Part shown: positions 60,031 to 64,000 of the stretch, piece by piece | Layout: the number at the start of each line of letters is the position of its first letter | Position numbering within the stretch: position 1 is the first letter of the stretch | Assembly (NCBI GenBank): GCA_964016885.1 | Contig: OZ024764.1 | Span: 9,610,001 to 9,674,000, forward strand | Origin: Eledone cirrhosa | Taxonomy: Eukaryota | Direction of reading: 5' to 3' | DNA length: 64,000 nucleotides | Translations under genes and position numbers: made by a program | The notes under the pieces: generated by a model | What the model saw: only the letters and a program-made list of their open reading frames with translations | Database searches by the model: none | Told to the model about the DNA's origin: nothing

Positions 60031-60812
60031 GAGATTCTTTCCTGTGACATTCTAACCACAGGTCTGTAGTATCAGAGCTGTGATCTCTCAATTCAGAGAT
60101 TCTTTCCTGTGACATTCTAACCACATGTCTGTAGTATCAGAGCTGTGATCTCTCAATTCAGAGATTCTTTCCTGAGACATTCTAATCACATGTCTGTAGT
60201 ATCAGAGCTGTGATCTCTCAATTCAGAGATTCTTTCCTGAGACATTCTAATCACATGTCTGTAGTATCAGAGCTGTGATCTCTGAATTCAGAGATTCTTT
60301 CCCGAGACATTCTAACCACATGTCTGTAGTATCAGAGCTGTGATCTCTCAATTCAGAGATTCTTTCCTGAGACATTCTAACCACATGTCTGTAGTATCAG
60401 AGCTGTGATCTCTCAATTCAGAGATTCTTTCCTGTGACATTCTAATCACATGTCTGTAGTATCGGAGCTGTGATCTCTCAATTCAGAGATTCTTTCCTGA
60501 GACATTCTAACCACATGTCTGTAGTATCAGAGCTGTGATCTCTGAATTCAGAGATTCTTTCCTGTGACATTCTAATCACATGTCTGTAGTATCGGAGCTG
60601 TGATCTCTCAATTCAGAGATTCTTTCCTGAGACATTCTAACCACATGTCTGTAGTATCAGAGCTGTGATCTCTCAATTCAGAGATTCTTTCCTGTGACAT
60701 TCTAACCACATGTCTGTAGTATCAGAGCTGTGATCTCTCAATTCAGAGATTCTTTCCTGTGACATTCTAACCACATGTCTGTAGTATCAGAGCTGTGATC
60801 TCTCAATTCAGA
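59966..60812. repeat. 65-bp minisatellite, about 13 copies, derived from the adjacent RTE ORF segment
   Basis: Unit GAGATTCTTTCCTGTGACATTCTAACCACATGTCTGTAGTATCAGAGCTGTGATCTCTCAATTCA at 60031, 60096 and onward. Confidence 0.92.
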
Positions 60813-60837
60813 TATGTTGTTGTTTTTTTTCGACGTT

Positions 60838-61944
60838 TTAACCCTTTAGTTACGAACCCTACCAAAACCAGCTCTGGTTTTACGAAATATAGCCACCGAT
60901 TTTAAAGGTTTCCAGTTTAAATTAAAATCTTCTAACATAATTTTATATAAGAACCTTATATTTAAGTTATTATCTTAGTAATGAAATAATTGATATTTTT
61001 AGTAAATCACTCGAAATTTTTCATTAAAAACAATTATGTTTTTAAAATGTTTAAAGATTCAAGGTAGCTTTTCGCGCTCCCTAACATCAAAAACAAATTA
61101 ATTAAAATACAGGGATCTTATTTAAATTAAAATCTTCCAACATAATTTTATATAAGAACCATATGTTAAGTTACTATCTTAGTAATAAAATAATTAATAA
61201 TTTCAGTGAATCCCTCAAAATTCTTCGTTAATAAATTAAAATAGATTGCATTTTAATAGAAATATATACATTAAAGGGACAGGCATACATTTGTGTGTAT
61301 AAATGGTGAGAAATATTTGACTACATAAATAGAAAGACTTACCATCTCTATCTTTGCCAGTAGTAATGTCATTACAGATAAGTCAATATGACGGTACCAT
61401 ATATTTCCACCTCAAATACGTTTTTAAGTTGTTTAAACCTTTAGCATTTAAATCGGCCATATCTGGCCAGAATTCCCTTACTTCTTTCTGTTCAAACTGG
61501 CTGTAACTGGCCAGAATTCTCTCACCTCTTTCTGTTTAAACCAGCTGTAACTGGCCAGAATTCTCTCACCTCTTTCTGTTCAAACCAGCCGTAACCGACC
61601 ACTTATACTGATGTTAAGATATTTTTCTCAAAATCAATAACATCACAGTCTTATAGATTCGATATTATGAGAGGTAAACACAGACTTTACCGTAAAAATA
61701 TGATAGTAAATAAAGGGTTAAGCCTTTCTAAATGTCATCATACACAGGAACATTGTGGATGTCCAGAATTCTCTCACATATTTCTGTACAAACTGACCGT
61801 AACCCGCCACATATACTGACGTTAAGGTATTATTTTCAAAATAAATAATATCAAAATCTCATAGATTTGATATTATGTGAAGTAAAGCCTTTACTACAAA
61901 AATACCATAATAAATATAGAGTAATGTAAATGTCAAAGGGTTAA
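60838..61944. mobile_element. Cluster of piggyBac-like non-autonomous elements
   Basis: TTAA-CCCTTT at 60838-60847; AAAGGG-TTAA at 61712-61721 and 61935-61944; internal duplicated segments. Confidence 0.5.
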
Positions 61945-61954
61945 CTACAACTGT

Positions 61955-62041
61955 TTTACTCCTTCCTACATCTTGGAGATCGCAGTAAATGTGAGGGTCA
62001 TTGCTTCCGTTGTCGAACGGAATAAAATGCGAAAATATCGG
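61955..62041 (+). pseudogene. CRE-like endonuclease fragment (second copy)
   Basis: FTPSYILEIAVNVRVIASVVERNKMRKYR is homologous to 63376-63460. Confidence 0.6.
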
Positions 62042-62235
62042 TAACTGTAGTCGTTAGAACATCAGATAGAATGCTTTATGGTATTCGTTCCAGCTATCTC
62101 TGGGTTCAAATCCCGCCGAGGTCAAATTTGCCTTTCATTTTTTCGAGGTCCATAAAAAAGTACCAGTCTAATACACTCTTCCTCTATATCTCTTTCTCAT
62201 CTCCTCTCTCTCACTTTATCTTTCCATATATATAT

Positions 62236-62394
62236 ATAGGAACGAGTAGGACCCCGACGGCTGAGCTCAAGCCGTTTCGACGGCTAATTCTGGACGTCGG
62301 GGTCCTACTCGTTCCTATTACCCACTCTACTACCCTAAGTATTGAGTACTTTGGTGCGTTATGGTCCACCTGGTTCCTTACCACATTTCCTTCG

Positions 62395-62396
<2 letters not shown>
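62236..62396 (+). mobile_element. Family E element with partial palindrome deletion
   Basis: Homologous to 3920-4112. Confidence 0.85.
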
Positions 62397-62436
<40 letters not shown>

Positions 62437-62501
62437 ATAATAATAAATGCGAAGACTAAAATCCGAAGAGGGCTCGATAAGGATAAATATATATATATAT
62501 A

Positions 62502-62930
62502 TATGATATTAAATAAATGGAAACTATATTTATAAAACCATATTTATTTCGTTATATATATTTCAGGGATATCATATTAACAATATGTTATGCCTTCTTC
62601 AGACAAAATACAATATAAACAGTCTTATAAATAAATAGATACGACATACCTTTCAATCACCTTGCATTTAAATCACCAAATGCAAGGTGATTGAAAGGTA
62701 TGTCGTATCTATTTATTTATAAGACTGTTTATATTGTATTTTGTCTGAAGAAGGCATAACATATTGTTAATATGATATCCCTGAAATATATATAACGAAA
62801 TAAATATGGTTTTATAAATATAGTTTCCATTTATTTAATATCATAAATATACTCCAAATACTTGTTGAGTGCTTTTATATCAGTTATAAATATTTACTCG
62901 TTGTTAACCCAACAATTTAAATATAACTTT

Positions 62931-62933
<3 letters not shown>
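62502..62933 (+). mobile_element. Palindromic twin-hammerhead element, family D (related to C)
   Basis: Near-perfect arms at 62502-62669 and 62678-62845. Hammerheads at 62545-62610 (-) and 62737-62802 (+; TATTTTGT/ACGAAATA, CTGAAGA 62745, GAAA 62783). Tail hairpin at 62850-62871. Confidence 0.9.
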
Positions 62934-62986
<53 letters not shown>

Positions 62987-63348
62987 CCTAGACCAAATAT
63001 TTATTAAAATAACAGATTAAAGTTTAAGCGAAGAATCGCTGTTTTCACTCTTAACGGGATCTTCTGAAAGCAGCGATTCTTTGATTAAATCTGTTATTTT
63101 AATAAATATATATAAATATACAGTACCAGTCAAGTACTGGGTCGATTCTTCCTCATTTCCTCTCTCTCTCACTTTCTATCTTTCTCTGGAAGAAACCTGC
63201 TGTACTCAGGCCTGGAGAGAAATGGGCTCCGCCGGGCTTAAAATGCCCAAGAAACGCTGTATGTCAATGTGGCACTCCTATGACTCTCAGGAGTTGCGGG
63301 ACCATACAATACAATACAATATAATACCAGTCTAGAACTGGGGTCGAT

Positions 63349-63627
63349 ATCTGGGACATCACAGTCAGTGAATCTTTTACTCCATCCCACACGATTGAGC
63401 CCGTTATAAATGTTGAGGTCACTGCTTCCGTTGCTGAAAGGAATGAAATCCGAAAATGCCTGGATTTATCTAATAATTATTTTTTCCAGTCTGTGGTGTT
63501 CGAGACTTTTGGTGGAGCTGGGTCCCTGACAACGAAGTTCTTCTTATCACTGGTGGCTCACTTTACTGAGGTGTCATCTGATGGCCGTGAGGGTGCCTGG
63601 TTATTTCAGCACCTTAGCCTCGCCATG
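63349..63627 (+). pseudogene. CRE-clade non-LTR retrotransposon restriction-like endonuclease C-terminus
   Basis: Open frame IWDITVSESFTPSH...ASVAERNEIRKCLDLSNNYFFQSVVFETFGGAG...DGREGAWLFQHLSLA matches the WDxTV...AExxKxxKY...ETxG...QRLSxA pattern. Confidence 0.75.
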
Positions 63628-63895
63628 ACCTCACCTTACTAAGGTGTCAAGTGATGCCCGTGTAGGTGTCTGGTTATTTCAGCACCTTACTTAGGTGTCA
63701 GGTGATACCCGTGTAGGTGCCTGGTTATTTCAGCACCTTAGCCTCGCCATGACCTCACCTTACTAAGGTGTCAAGTGATGCCCGTGTAGGTGCCTGGTTA
63801 TTTCAGCACCTTAGCCTCACCTTACTGAGGTGTCAAATGATGCCCGTGAGGGTGCTTAGCTGTTTCAGTGTCTTAGTCTCGCCATCACTCACCTT
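63560..63895. repeat. Irregular tandem repeats of the CRE 3' segment
   Basis: TACT(G/A)AGGTGTCA...GGTGCCTGGTTATTTCAGCACCTTA is repeated about 5 times. Confidence 0.8.
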
Positions 63896-64000
63896 TTAAG
63901 GGAGGGGAAATCAATTAAAACAACCTCAGTGCATTACTGATACTTTATGTAAACATGAAAGGCAAACTTAACCTCGGCGGAATTTGAACTCAGACCGTAA

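Noticed and set aside
62996-63112. Short imperfect inverted repeat next to family D
   Set aside because: The symmetry is real, but no hammerhead core, tail hairpin or second copy is present to classify it.

Overview
Eukaryotic, gene-free, repeat-saturated window. It is probably octopus/cephalopod intergenic or intronic DNA; this is inferred from its SINE families and its (TA)n/(TACA)n load. No host exon could be supported, and nearly all ORFs in the track are microsatellite artefacts. Real coding traces are all transposon relics: hAT (Buster/Charlie-like), DD37D maT, RTE LINEs, a CRE-like endonuclease and a Penelope-like GIY-YIG endonuclease. The main signal is about 20 type I hammerhead ribozyme cores (CUGANGA...GAAA...NUH), read by eye. 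Most lie in short non-coding elements (about 190-580 bp, at least 8 sequence types) built as head-to-head inverted repeats, usually with one hammerhead per strand and embedded in (TA)n. Divergent families share a covarying hairpin (YACTC-stem-TT-GAGTR), and the short palindrome arm stops within about 10 nt of it. Within each copy the two arms share private variants. Together this suggests a Penelope-driven, microsatellite-targeted, palindrome-generating ribozyme retroelement system. Several satellites (112 bp, 65 bp, and repeats at 63.6 kb) visibly arose from retroelement 3' segments.
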